This document shows, in pieces, positions 10,205-17,611 of a DNA stretch of 40,000 bases; position 1 is the first letter of the stretch; each line of letters starts with the position of its first letter. Position numbers and translations under genes: made by a program. Under the pieces are notes generated by a model that was given only the letters and a program-made list of their open reading frames with translations, searched no databases and was not told where the DNA came from. Source of the DNA: an uncultured Clostridia bacterium (GTDB lineage: Bacteria > Bacillota > Clostridia > Oscillospirales > Ruminococcaceae); assembly GCA_947589215.1 (NCBI GenBank), contig CANQCL010000009.1:13303-53302 (forward strand), in the 5' to 3' direction.

Positions 10205-11122
10205 ATGAACAAATTTAATATATCCCCGAAGCATCGGGGATTTTTTAATACTAAAACCGCCAGAATTTGTGTCGGAATAATTGCTTTCTTGACTTTATTT
10301 TGTATCCCATTTATAATTGTAATAACAGATATAGAGGGGATGGATATGTTACAAAATATAGTTAGGGGTATTATACTGCTAATAGAAATCGTTTTTCTGG
10401 TTATTTTTATTCTGCCGTTTTATAAGCACATAAGCAATATCGGGAACGTAGTCGGGTTAGGCATAACGATTTGCTTGATTTTTATAACTTTGTTCTGGAG
10501 TTACGTTGTAAGGCTTATAAGCAAGCTATGGCATTGCTTGGGCGGACGTATTCTTCTAATCATTATTGCGGCTTTGATTTTAGTATCGGTTATTTGGTGC
10601 ATTTATATTTCAATCAGAATGGTCTATGCTTATAAAAACTATCCCGATAAGGAAACGACCGTTGTCGTTCTTGGGTGCAAGGTAAACAAAGACCACCCCA
10701 GTAAAATGCTCCGTCACAGGCTGGAAGCAGCATATGATTATCTATCAAAAAATAAAGACATTAAGTGCATAGTTTCAGGAGGTCAGGGACCTGACGAGAA
10801 AATGACCGAAGCTGATTGTATGTACAACTATCTTGTTGATTTGGGAATATCGCCCGACAGAATTATTAAAGAAAGCAAAGCGACAAGCACATATGAAAAT
10901 ATAAAGTTCTCATACGAAATAATAGGGCAAATGAATCTACCGAAAGACATTACTATAGTCACAGACGGTTTTCACGAATATCGAGCGTCAATAATTGCAA
11001 AAAAACAAGGCATAAATTCGTATTCGGTTTATGCAAAAACGACAAAGATAGATTTACCCTATTACTGGCTCAGAGAATGGATGGGGCTTTTTCAGGAGAT
11101 ATATCTAAAGCAGCAGGGGTAA
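10205..11122 (+). CDS. YdcF/ElyC/SanA (DUF218) family membrane protein
   Basis: The C-terminal DUF218 core reads VVVLGCKV...IVSGGQGPDE..E.....YL...GI....I..E..ATSTYEN, preceded by 3-4 TM helices. The maximal ORF begins at 10205 but reads through the spoIIID terminator. ATG 10340/10346 after GAGGGG is a likely true start. Confidence 0.7.
   Translation: MNKFNISPKHRGFFNTKTARICVGIIAFLTLFCIPFIIVITDIEGMDMLQNIVRGIILLIEIVFLVIFILPFYKHISNIGNVVGLGITICLIFITLFWSYVVRLISKLWHCLGGRILLIIIAALILVSVIWCIYISIRMVYAYKNYPDKETTVVVLGCKVNKDHPSKMLRHRLEAAYDYLSKNKDIKCIVSGGQGPDEKMTEADCMYNYLVDLGISPDRIIKESKATSTYENIKFSYEIIGQMNLPKDITIVTDGFHEYRASIIAKKQGINSYSVYAKTTKIDLPYYWLREWMGLFQEIYLKQQG
10222..10246 (+). terminator. intrinsic terminator after spoIIID
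   Basis: ATCCCCGA-agca-TCGGGGAT followed by TTTTTT, 19 nt after the spoIIID stop. Confidence 0.75.
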
Positions 11123-11237
11123 CCCCTGCACACAGTGCTGACTTTTTTATGTTTACAAAATTTGTTTATTTTGAGCAACAGCAGGCTTATCAATTGATAA
11201 TTGACAATGAATAATGGATAATTGTCAGAAGAAAGCT

Positions 11238-11268
11238 AAAAGCGTTCGGAAAAATTCCGAACGCTTTT
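11238..11268. terminator. bidirectional terminator-like hairpin at the 3' end of the YD-like repeat gene
   Basis: AAAAGCGTTCGG-aaaaatt-CCGAACGCTTTT is a 12-bp perfect stem with T-rich tracts on both strands. It lies 6 nt beyond the stop of the 11274-12677 gene. Confidence 0.6.
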
Positions 11269-11273
11269 GTTAT

Positions 11274-12677
11274 CTACTTCGTCTTTTTATTAACAACCTT
11301 GCTCCACTTTCCAAAATACTTCCTGCCATTTGCAAGTTTATATGCTCTTACCTTTACAAAGTATTTCTTCTTTGGTTTCAGCTTCTTAAGTGTCACTTTA
11401 TTTTTCTTTACTGTAACTGTCTTCTTATTCTTTGTGAATTTATTATTCGTAGCATACTGAACCTCATACCCTGTTGCTCCGCTTACCTTTTTCCACTTTA
11501 CATTCAGCTTCTTTTTCTTTGTGGTCAGTTTAACAGATTTTACTTTGGCGGGTTTGGTTACGCTTACTTTTGTTGTGCTTGGGGTTGTCTTTGACTTGTT
11601 TACTGGACTGACGGTTTGATTTGGTTTGTTTGAGTTATTGTTTGGGGTTTGTGATGGGTTATTACCACCTATTTTTTTATAAGTTGCCTTTTCCCAATCA
11701 ACCCCACTATCTTCAAAATATGTTTTATTCCCGTTTTCATCATATTCGCACTTTATCCAGGTATCATTATCACTATCTAATCCATATGCTGTTTTTACAT
11801 TTCCGTTACTATAGTATGTGTATGTCCATGCAGTTGAATGTGAATAACCGTCACTGGTTTCAAAAAAAGTACAATTTCCCTTTGAATCATAGGTGTGTTT
11901 TTCCCAATAACCGTTACTGTATTCATGATATGTCTCATTCCCATTTGAATCATAGGTGTACTTTTCCCATTCGCCGTAACTGTTTTCAAAGTATGTTTCA
12001 TTTCCATTTGAATCATAGTTATGCTTGTCACCGTTACTATTTTCAAAATATGTACGATTTCCGTTTGAATTATAGGTAGACTTTTCCCAATAGCCTTCAC
12101 TGTCTTCGTAATATGTACGATTTCCATTTGAGTCATAGGTTTCCTTTTCACCATTACTGTTTCCTATATAAATATTTCCGTTATCGTCATACTTGGTCTC
12201 TTCCCAGAAGTTATCACTGTTTTCAAAGTATATCCCGTTCTCATCACATTCATATTTTACCCAAAAGTCATTATTACTATCTATTCCATATGCAGTTTTT
12301 ATTTTTCCATTAACATTGTAAGTATATTCCCATGTTAGTGTATATGAATAACCGCTACTATCTTCATAATAAGTTATATCTTCGTTTGAATTATAAATGC
12401 TTTTTTCCCAATAACCATCTCCATCATTAAAATATGTCTGATTTCCATTTGAGTCATAGGTTTCCTTTTCACCATTACTGTTTTCATAAGATGTTTGATT
12501 ACCTGTAGAATCATATGTAGACTTATACCAATAACCTTCACTGTTTTCATAATATGTACAAACATATCCTTCTACAGGTTCACCAACATTTACAGCCTCA
12601 GCTATTGTAGGTAAAGCTCCTGCCAAACTAACTGTCATTACCAATACTGTCAATAAATTTAAAATTCTTTTTGTCAT
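11274..12677 (-). CDS. secreted YD-like repeat protein with a C-terminal basic FN3-like domain
   Basis: Signal peptide MTKRILNLLTVLVMTVSLAGALPTIAEA. About 14 copies of a ~21-aa unit (YDSNGNETYFENSxGxWEKxT). A P/S/T/N linker follows, then KLNVKWKKVSGATGYEVQYATNNKF...YFVKVRAY...GKWS. Confidence 0.8.
   Translation of the reverse strand: MTKRILNLLTVLVMTVSLAGALPTIAEAVNVGEPVEGYVCTYYENSEGYWYKSTYDSTGNQTSYENSNGEKETYDSNGNQTYFNDGDGYWEKSIYNSNEDITYYEDSSGYSYTLTWEYTYNVNGKIKTAYGIDSNNDFWVKYECDENGIYFENSDNFWEETKYDDNGNIYIGNSNGEKETYDSNGNRTYYEDSEGYWEKSTYNSNGNRTYFENSNGDKHNYDSNGNETYFENSYGEWEKYTYDSNGNETYHEYSNGYWEKHTYDSKGNCTFFETSDGYSHSTAWTYTYYSNGNVKTAYGLDSDNDTWIKCEYDENGNKTYFEDSGVDWEKATYKKIGGNNPSQTPNNNSNKPNQTVSPVNKSKTTPSTTKVSVTKPAKVKSVKLTTKKKKLNVKWKKVSGATGYEVQYATNNKFTKNKKTVTVKKNKVTLKKLKPKKKYFVKVRAYKLANGRKYFGKWSKVVNKKTK
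11673..12560 (-). repeat. in-frame coding tandem repeats (63-nt period) with a nested ~321-nt duplication
   Basis: The motif CCATTTGA(A/G)TCATAGGT recurs throughout. A 44-nt exact copy occurs at 12119-12162 and 12440-12483 (offset 321 nt = 107 aa), matching the duplicated NSNGEKETYDSNGN. Confidence 0.85.
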
Positions 12678-12728
12678 TTGTTTTCCTCCATATTGAAAAT
12701 ATTATTTTGTACTTTAGTGTACATCAAT

Positions 12729-12757
12729 ATTATAATACACATTTCTAGTTTTGTCAA
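12729..12757 (-). promoter_or_regulatory. consensus sigma-A promoter for the YD-like repeat gene
   Basis: The minus strand reads TTGACA (12757-12752), a 17-nt spacer, then TATAAT (12734-12729). Confidence 0.55.
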
Positions 12758-12761
12758 CACA

Positions 12762-12797
12762 TTTTGTGTATAAATAAAAATCCCCGTTTTGTGTATA
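12762..12797. promoter_or_regulatory. direct repeats TTTTGTGTATA x2, candidate XRE operator
   Basis: Exact 11-mers at 12762-12772 and 12787-12797 (25-bp spacing) between the divergent YD-like gene promoter and the XRE gene start. Confidence 0.35.
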
Positions 12798-12822
12798 TTA
12801 CAATTAATATGAGGTGATATAT

Positions 12823-13137
12823 ATGAAATTCGGAGAAATCCTAAGAGAGTTAATTGAAGAAAACGACCTAACTCAAAAGCAGGTTGCAAAGGATTTAAAC
12901 ATTGCTCCGTCTACACTGGGAAACTACATTCACAACAGCAGAGAACCTGATTTTCACACAATAAAAATGATAGCAAGCTACTTCAAAGTTTCAATAGATT
13001 ACTTAATGGACTACCGCTCTACACTTGCAGAAAACAAAAGCGAGGACGAGCTTTTAAGAATTTACCGTTTACTTCCTATAACCTATCAAATTTTACTAAT
13101 TGAGCAAGGAAAATTACTTTTACGGTTGTACAAATAA
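12823..13137 (+). CDS. XRE-family helix-turn-helix transcriptional regulator
   Basis: LTQKQVAKDLNIAPSTLGNYIHNSREPDFHTIKMIASYFKVSIDYL is a Cro/CI HTH. GAGGTG lies 6 nt before ATG 12823. Position 12814 is a GTG. Confidence 0.8.
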   Translation: MKFGEILRELIEENDLTQKQVAKDLNIAPSTLGNYIHNSREPDFHTIKMIASYFKVSIDYLMDYRSTLAENKSEDELLRIYRLLPITYQILLIEQGKLLLRLYK

Positions 13138-13139
13138 AT

Positions 13140-13166
13140 ATCCCCGAGCAATTCGGGGATTTTTTA
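13140..13166. terminator. bidirectional intrinsic terminator between the XRE gene and the GH59-like gene
   Basis: ATCCCCGA-gcaat-TCGGGGAT followed by TTTTTT, preceded by an A-rich run. The 8-bp stem is the same as in the terminator at 10222. Confidence 0.75.
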
Positions 13167-16100
13167 TTTAACTTTAATTTTTATCAACTTTTTATTCCAC
13201 TTACCGTATATCTTTACAAGCTTGTTGTTGATATTTTTATACTCAGCATATGCCCTAACTCGTATATAGTAAGTTTTCTTGCTCTTGATTTTACTTCCCT
13301 TGATTGTAAGCCTTTTGTTTGGAGTGAATTTTTTAAATACTATATTTCTTTTCTTAAATTTCTTTGCTTTTGAAACTTGTACCTCGTAACCATTAGCATT
13401 ATTAATCTTCTTCCAGCTTACATTTAACTTTCTTTTCACCTTGCTCTTTACGGTGAGTTTTTTGATTTTTGCATTTTTCATAGCTTTCTTAGCTGCTTTT
13501 TTGTCACTTTTAACAGCGTCAGCACTTCTAGTAGCAGATGTAGAAGACTTGGTTTTAGACGGTGCTGCCGTTGAAGGAGGATACTCTCCCACATGGTCCT
13601 TAATATCCGCCTTAGCTGTTTCAAATGTTTCACCAAAAACCTCAATACAGTCGATAATAAAGTAACCGCTTTTTACTGTAATTTTAATCGTGTGCTGTTC
13701 GTTTGAAAGATTACTAATATTATATAGGCTTTGACGGTACAAAACACTGGAAGTAAGATTTATATTGTTACCCATAGATTTTCCGTCAAGCTCAATATCC
13801 ACTGTGCTTTCAGTTCTGATTCCGCCCACAACAAAGTTGATCCCTGTTCCGTTAAAGGTATACTCAAGAGAAGCGTTTCCCTCGCTTGTCGAAACGCTTG
13901 TTCTGTTATACAGAAAGAACGAATCTCCCACTTTACGCGTCCAGCTACCGCTGTATTTAACTGAGCTGTCAAGCGGGTCAATTCTTTCTGTATATGAAAC
14001 TGCATCCGCTCCTGTAATACTCTCAGAAGCTTTTTCAATTTTCAGGTTATCATATTCAGATAAGTAAAAACTGCCGTACAATCCTGCTCTGCCCAAAAGA
14101 TATGGATTGATTGTATCGGTATAGCCGAATATAGCAGTGTTATTAACATAGAACACTATCTCATTACCCACAGCGCTCACTTTTAAGTTATACCATTTAT
14201 TTGCGTCAAATCCCCTAACTGTACCCTCACTTAAAACCGTATTTGCTTTCATGCATTTGTATTTTCCGCTTTGTGCCAGTGATATCCAATAGCCAGACTT
14301 ATTGATTGCCGCAACGTTACTGCACGTTCCAACAGACCTCAGACCTACCCCGACATAATTATAATCGGATGCCTTCGGCTTGGTATCAAGCTTCACATCA
14401 GCAGAAACGCTGTAGTCTGCCCATTCGGTATCTCCTAAGGTAGTAGTGGGAGATGCTCCGCCTCCCCAGTTGAATGGGTCGTTGCTGCTATTTATCTTTT
14501 GTTTGAGTACCTTTGAACCGTCCGACTTTTTAACGACCTCAAATGCTCCGCCTGCGTCGCAGGTATAGAGCGGCGTTCCGCCTCTTTCTTCTATAAACTC
14601 ATCTGAATAGTTAAAATCATCTGTATACGGAAGTGAAAGATTTGTATCGGTTTCGCTTTTCTGATATGAAGATTTTTCTTCGTCAGCATATCCCTTCTGA
14701 CCTGTCATGGTAGTTAGCGTTACAATAGAATACGGCTCAACGGTATATGTAAAGCCTCCGTTATCAGGAGTTATCGTTTCAGAGTTTTTAAGCCAGTTTG
14801 CATCATAAGCTTGACCTGCGTCGGGACCCTTTGTGACCCAAGCTGTCAAAGGTGAATCAGCTTTACTAAGGTTGCTCACCGAAACATTATAAGTTCTTTC
14901 ATTAGATGTATCGTTTACAAACACCATTGTGTAATCCCCTGTTTCAGGATCAGCTAAAGTTATATAATTGTTGGTTGTGCTTCCTATTCCGTGGCCGTCT
15001 CCGTCAGGCGTTCCGTCACCATAGCAAGCGCCGTCAACATATTTCATATTATCAGTTTGGAATCTTGTAAAATGCTCCATAATGTAAGTTCCAACCTGAA
15101 CCTCATAGTGTCCGCTCCACGGCGTATCAGCCAATATAAGCTGCTTTGGAACATACTGCGCGCCTGTATAATATGCCGCAACCGCAGGCTGGAATTCATA
15201 CATTGTCATTCCGCCGCCCGTCGAACCGCTCTGGGCATACATATTAAGAACACGAACCGCAATTTCAAGAGGTCCGTTTACACCTGTCAAGCCTTTTCCT
15301 TTTGCAACACTGTCAAGCTCTTTTCCAGAAGCATTTGTTGCGTTTACGGCATACTGCGGGTCTATTGTTACCGAAGAACCCTCTGAATACCAAATCTCTT
15401 TGCCGTACTCCTTTTTTAGCTTCAGAGCATTTTCACTGGACCATGTAGAATAGTGAAATCCCAAAACATCGACAGCGTCTCTTAACTCTGCGTCATTCAT
15501 CATCTCGTCAGCAATTTTATAGTGTCCGACCTCATCGGACGCAACTAACTTGATTTGACTGTAATCATACTTCGCTCCGGATTCTTTTGCGGCAGAATCA
15601 AGATGATTTCTTAAATACTTGATCCATTTAACGTCAATATTGCTCGTTTCATTTCTGTCAGGACTTATATAATCAAATTTCAGACCGTACTCATCATAAG
15701 CGGCATCTAACGTATTTTTATACCACTTAAATCTCTTTGCCATATTTTCTTCATTTGTTACACCGTTTGACCCTGTCCATTTAGGTGAGCCCCATCGAAG
15801 CATATCTAAAGAAATATCAGGATTAATTGTTTTTGCGTCTACACACATATGAAACCCTGCTCCCCTGTTTACATTAGCCTCTTCGTTCTCAGCACGCATA
15901 GTAGCAGGTTCTGTTCCTGAGCTTGAATCGCAGTCAGAGCCAAGCTCGATCTTTATATGAGAAAGACCTATACCCGTTTCCTTGTTGAACAAATAGTTCA
16001 TTATCTCCCAATAAGCGTCAGGGTTCTTTTCTTTATAATCCATAAGAAGTCTTGAAGAATTGTTAGCAGAAATCGCTCCAAGTCTAAGTGAATCCTTTGT

Positions 16101-16244
16101 GATTTTGCTGCCGTCAACGCTGATTGAAAAAGCGCTTTCAGCATTAGCCTTTATATTATCTTTAGCCATTGGCATAACCCCCATTATAGAAAAAGTTAAC
16201 ACAATCGATGTAATAACGGCAAATATTCTTGAAGCATTTATCAT
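13164..16244 (-). CDS. secreted multidomain glycoside hydrolase, GH59 (galactocerebrosidase-like), with lectin, CBM-like and basic FN3-like domains
   Basis: Signal peptide present. NNSSRLLMDYKEKNPDAYWEIMNYLFNKETGIGLSHIKIELGSDCDSSSGTEPATM parallels the GALC block [52 protein letters not shown] (recalled from memory). A ConA/lectin-like region lies at aa ~540-740 and a CBM-like domain at ~745-880. The C-terminus reads KLNVSWKKINNANGYEVQ...YYIRVRAY...GKWN. Confidence 0.72.
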   Translation of the reverse strand: MINASRIFAVITSIVLTFSIMGVMPMAKDNIKANAESAFSISVDGSKITKDSLRLGAISANNSSRLLMDYKEKNPDAYWEIMNYLFNKETGIGLSHIKIELGSDCDSSSGTEPATMRAENEEANVNRGAGFHMCVDAKTINPDISLDMLRWGSPKWTGSNGVTNEENMAKRFKWYKNTLDAAYDEYGLKFDYISPDRNETSNIDVKWIKYLRNHLDSAAKESGAKYDYSQIKLVASDEVGHYKIADEMMNDAELRDAVDVLGFHYSTWSSENALKLKKEYGKEIWYSEGSSVTIDPQYAVNATNASGKELDSVAKGKGLTGVNGPLEIAVRVLNMYAQSGSTGGGMTMYEFQPAVAAYYTGAQYVPKQLILADTPWSGHYEVQVGTYIMEHFTRFQTDNMKYVDGACYGDGTPDGDGHGIGSTTNNYITLADPETGDYTMVFVNDTSNERTYNVSVSNLSKADSPLTAWVTKGPDAGQAYDANWLKNSETITPDNGGFTYTVEPYSIVTLTTMTGQKGYADEEKSSYQKSETDTNLSLPYTDDFNYSDEFIEERGGTPLYTCDAGGAFEVVKKSDGSKVLKQKINSSNDPFNWGGGASPTTTLGDTEWADYSVSADVKLDTKPKASDYNYVGVGLRSVGTCSNVAAINKSGYWISLAQSGKYKCMKANTVLSEGTVRGFDANKWYNLKVSAVGNEIVFYVNNTAIFGYTDTINPYLLGRAGLYGSFYLSEYDNLKIEKASESITGADAVSYTERIDPLDSSVKYSGSWTRKVGDSFFLYNRTSVSTSEGNASLEYTFNGTGINFVVGGIRTESTVDIELDGKSMGNNINLTSSVLYRQSLYNISNLSNEQHTIKITVKSGYFIIDCIEVFGETFETAKADIKDHVGEYPPSTAAPSKTKSSTSATRSADAVKSDKKAAKKAMKNAKIKKLTVKSKVKRKLNVSWKKINNANGYEVQVSKAKKFKKRNIVFKKFTPNKRLTIKGSKIKSKKTYYIRVRAYAEYKNINNKLVKIYGKWNKKLIKIKVK

Positions 16245-16304
16245 TATTATTCCTCCTCGTTATTATTATAAAAAAACCTTTTATCATTAACTTATTTTAA
16301 ATTT

Positions 16305-16333
16305 ATTATACAGTATTTACTTTTACTTGTAAA
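16305..16333 (-). promoter_or_regulatory. sigma-A-type promoter for the GH59-like gene
   Basis: The minus strand reads TTTACA (16333-16328), a 17-nt spacer, then TATAAT (16310-16305). Confidence 0.45.
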
Positions 16334-16387
16334 TAACGTTTATATATTCAGTTGAATAAATTTCTTTACTGAGAAAATAATAGAATT

Positions 16388-16771
16388 ATGAATATAAAAA
16401 ACAAGCTTAAAAATTTTAAATACAGTAAGGCATACTACTATGTCGTAGGCGGAATAACAGGAATTGCAAACGGACTTTTCGGTTCCGGCGGAGGAATGTT
16501 AAGCGTTCCGCTTTTAGAAAACACAGGTCTTAAAGCAAAAAAAGCACACGCTTCTTCAATAGCTATTACGCTTCCGCTGTCGATAATAAGCACTGCTATA
16601 TATTCAATCAAAGGACACATTAACTATTCGCTCGCACTCAAATTTGTACCTTTAGGTATTCTGGGAGCTATTGCAGGAAGCTGGCTTTTAAAAAGGATAT
16701 CTAACAAGGTATTGAAAAAAATATTCGGAATTATTCTTATAATTTCGGGAATCAGGATGCTGATGCTATGA
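16388..16771 (+). CDS. half-size TSUP (TauE/SafE) family membrane protein, subunit 1
   Basis: 127 aa, ~4 TM helices, GLFGSGGGML motif. Confidence 0.75.
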   Translation: MNIKNKLKNFKYSKAYYYVVGGITGIANGLFGSGGGMLSVPLLENTGLKAKKAHASSIAITLPLSIISTAIYSIKGHINYSLALKFVPLGILGAIAGSWLLKRISNKVLKKIFGIILIISGIRMLML

Positions 16772-17151
16772 GTATTTTTGTAATTGCTGTTGTTTCTTTC
16801 CTCAGCGGATTTATAGCCTCTCTCGGTCTGGGAGGCGGAATGGTGCTTATAATTTACCTTACGATATTTTCAGGTATGGCACAGCTTGAAGCGCAGGGAA
16901 TAAATCTCATTTTCTTTATACCTATTGCCTTGATTTCAATTATACTGCACACAAGGTCAAAGCTAATTATATGGAAAAAAATACTCCCGTCAATAATAAC
17001 AGGAGCAATCTTAGCACTTCTATTTAGTTTTATTGCAAGTATGCTGGGTTCTGAAATTCTATCTAAAATATTCTCAGTTTTCATAATAATAATTGGCATA
17101 AAAGAGCTTATTAAAAAATCTGATAAACAAAATACAGCAGAGCATAAATAA
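16768..17151 (+). CDS. half-size TSUP (TauE/SafE) family membrane protein, subunit 2
   Basis: 127 aa, ~4 TM helices, SLGLGGGMVL motif. An ATGA start/stop overlap links it to the preceding gene. Confidence 0.75.
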   Translation: MSIFVIAVVSFLSGFIASLGLGGGMVLIIYLTIFSGMAQLEAQGINLIFFIPIALISIILHTRSKLIIWKKILPSIITGAILALLFSFIASMLGSEILSKIFSVFIIIIGIKELIKKSDKQNTAEHK

Positions 17152-17161
17152 TCGCTCTGCT
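17136..17161. terminator. hairpin between the convergent TSUP and ruvX genes
   Basis: AGCAGAGC-10 nt-GCTCTGCT followed by ATTTATTTT. The TSUP stop codon lies in the loop. Confidence 0.5.
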
Positions 17162-17174
17162 ATTTATTTTCGCT

Positions 17175-17594
17175 TTATTTTTTCTTTCTTCTAAAATCAA
17201 GATAGCTTTCAAGAATAATAGTCGCCGCTACTTGATCAATTACCTCTTTTCTCTTTTTACCTCTTGTATTAGTCTCGTTAAGAAAATTATGTGCGGAAAC
17301 TGTAGTCGAACGCTCGTCCCACATATTTACCGGAACATCTACAAACTCATTCAAGGCATCGGCAAACCTCCTGCATTTTTCTGCTCTTGGTCCATAGCTT
17401 CCGTTCATATTAAGCGGAAGCCCCACTATTATCTCTCCGACCTCATATTCTCTAGACATATGAGCGACCTTTGTGACAAGCACATTGAAATTGCGTTCCT
17501 CAATAGTTCCTATCGGTGAGGCTAAAAACTCTGTTCTGTCGCAAACAGCAAGACCTGTTCTTGCATCTCCGTAATCGACTGCCATTATTTTCAT
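17175..17594 (-). CDS. ruvX: Holliday junction resolvase-like RuvX/YqgF
   Basis: MKIMAVDYGDARTGLAV start, 139 aa YqgF fold pattern. Confidence 0.9.
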   Translation of the reverse strand: MKIMAVDYGDARTGLAVCDRTEFLASPIGTIEERNFNVLVTKVAHMSREYEVGEIIVGLPLNMNGSYGPRAEKCRRFADALNEFVDVPVNMWDERSTTVSAHNFLNETNTRGKKRKEVIDQVAATIILESYLDFRRKKK

Positions 17595-17611
17595 AAATTC
17601 TTCTCCTATTA

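Noticed and set aside
11274-12677. The YD-like repeat protein as an Rhs-type polymorphic toxin, and the periodic DNA repeats as a CRISPR-like array.
   Set aside because: There is no C-terminal toxin domain, no Rhs core cleavage motif and no immunity ORF. The repeats are in frame, have no unique spacers, and lie inside a signal-peptide-bearing ORF.
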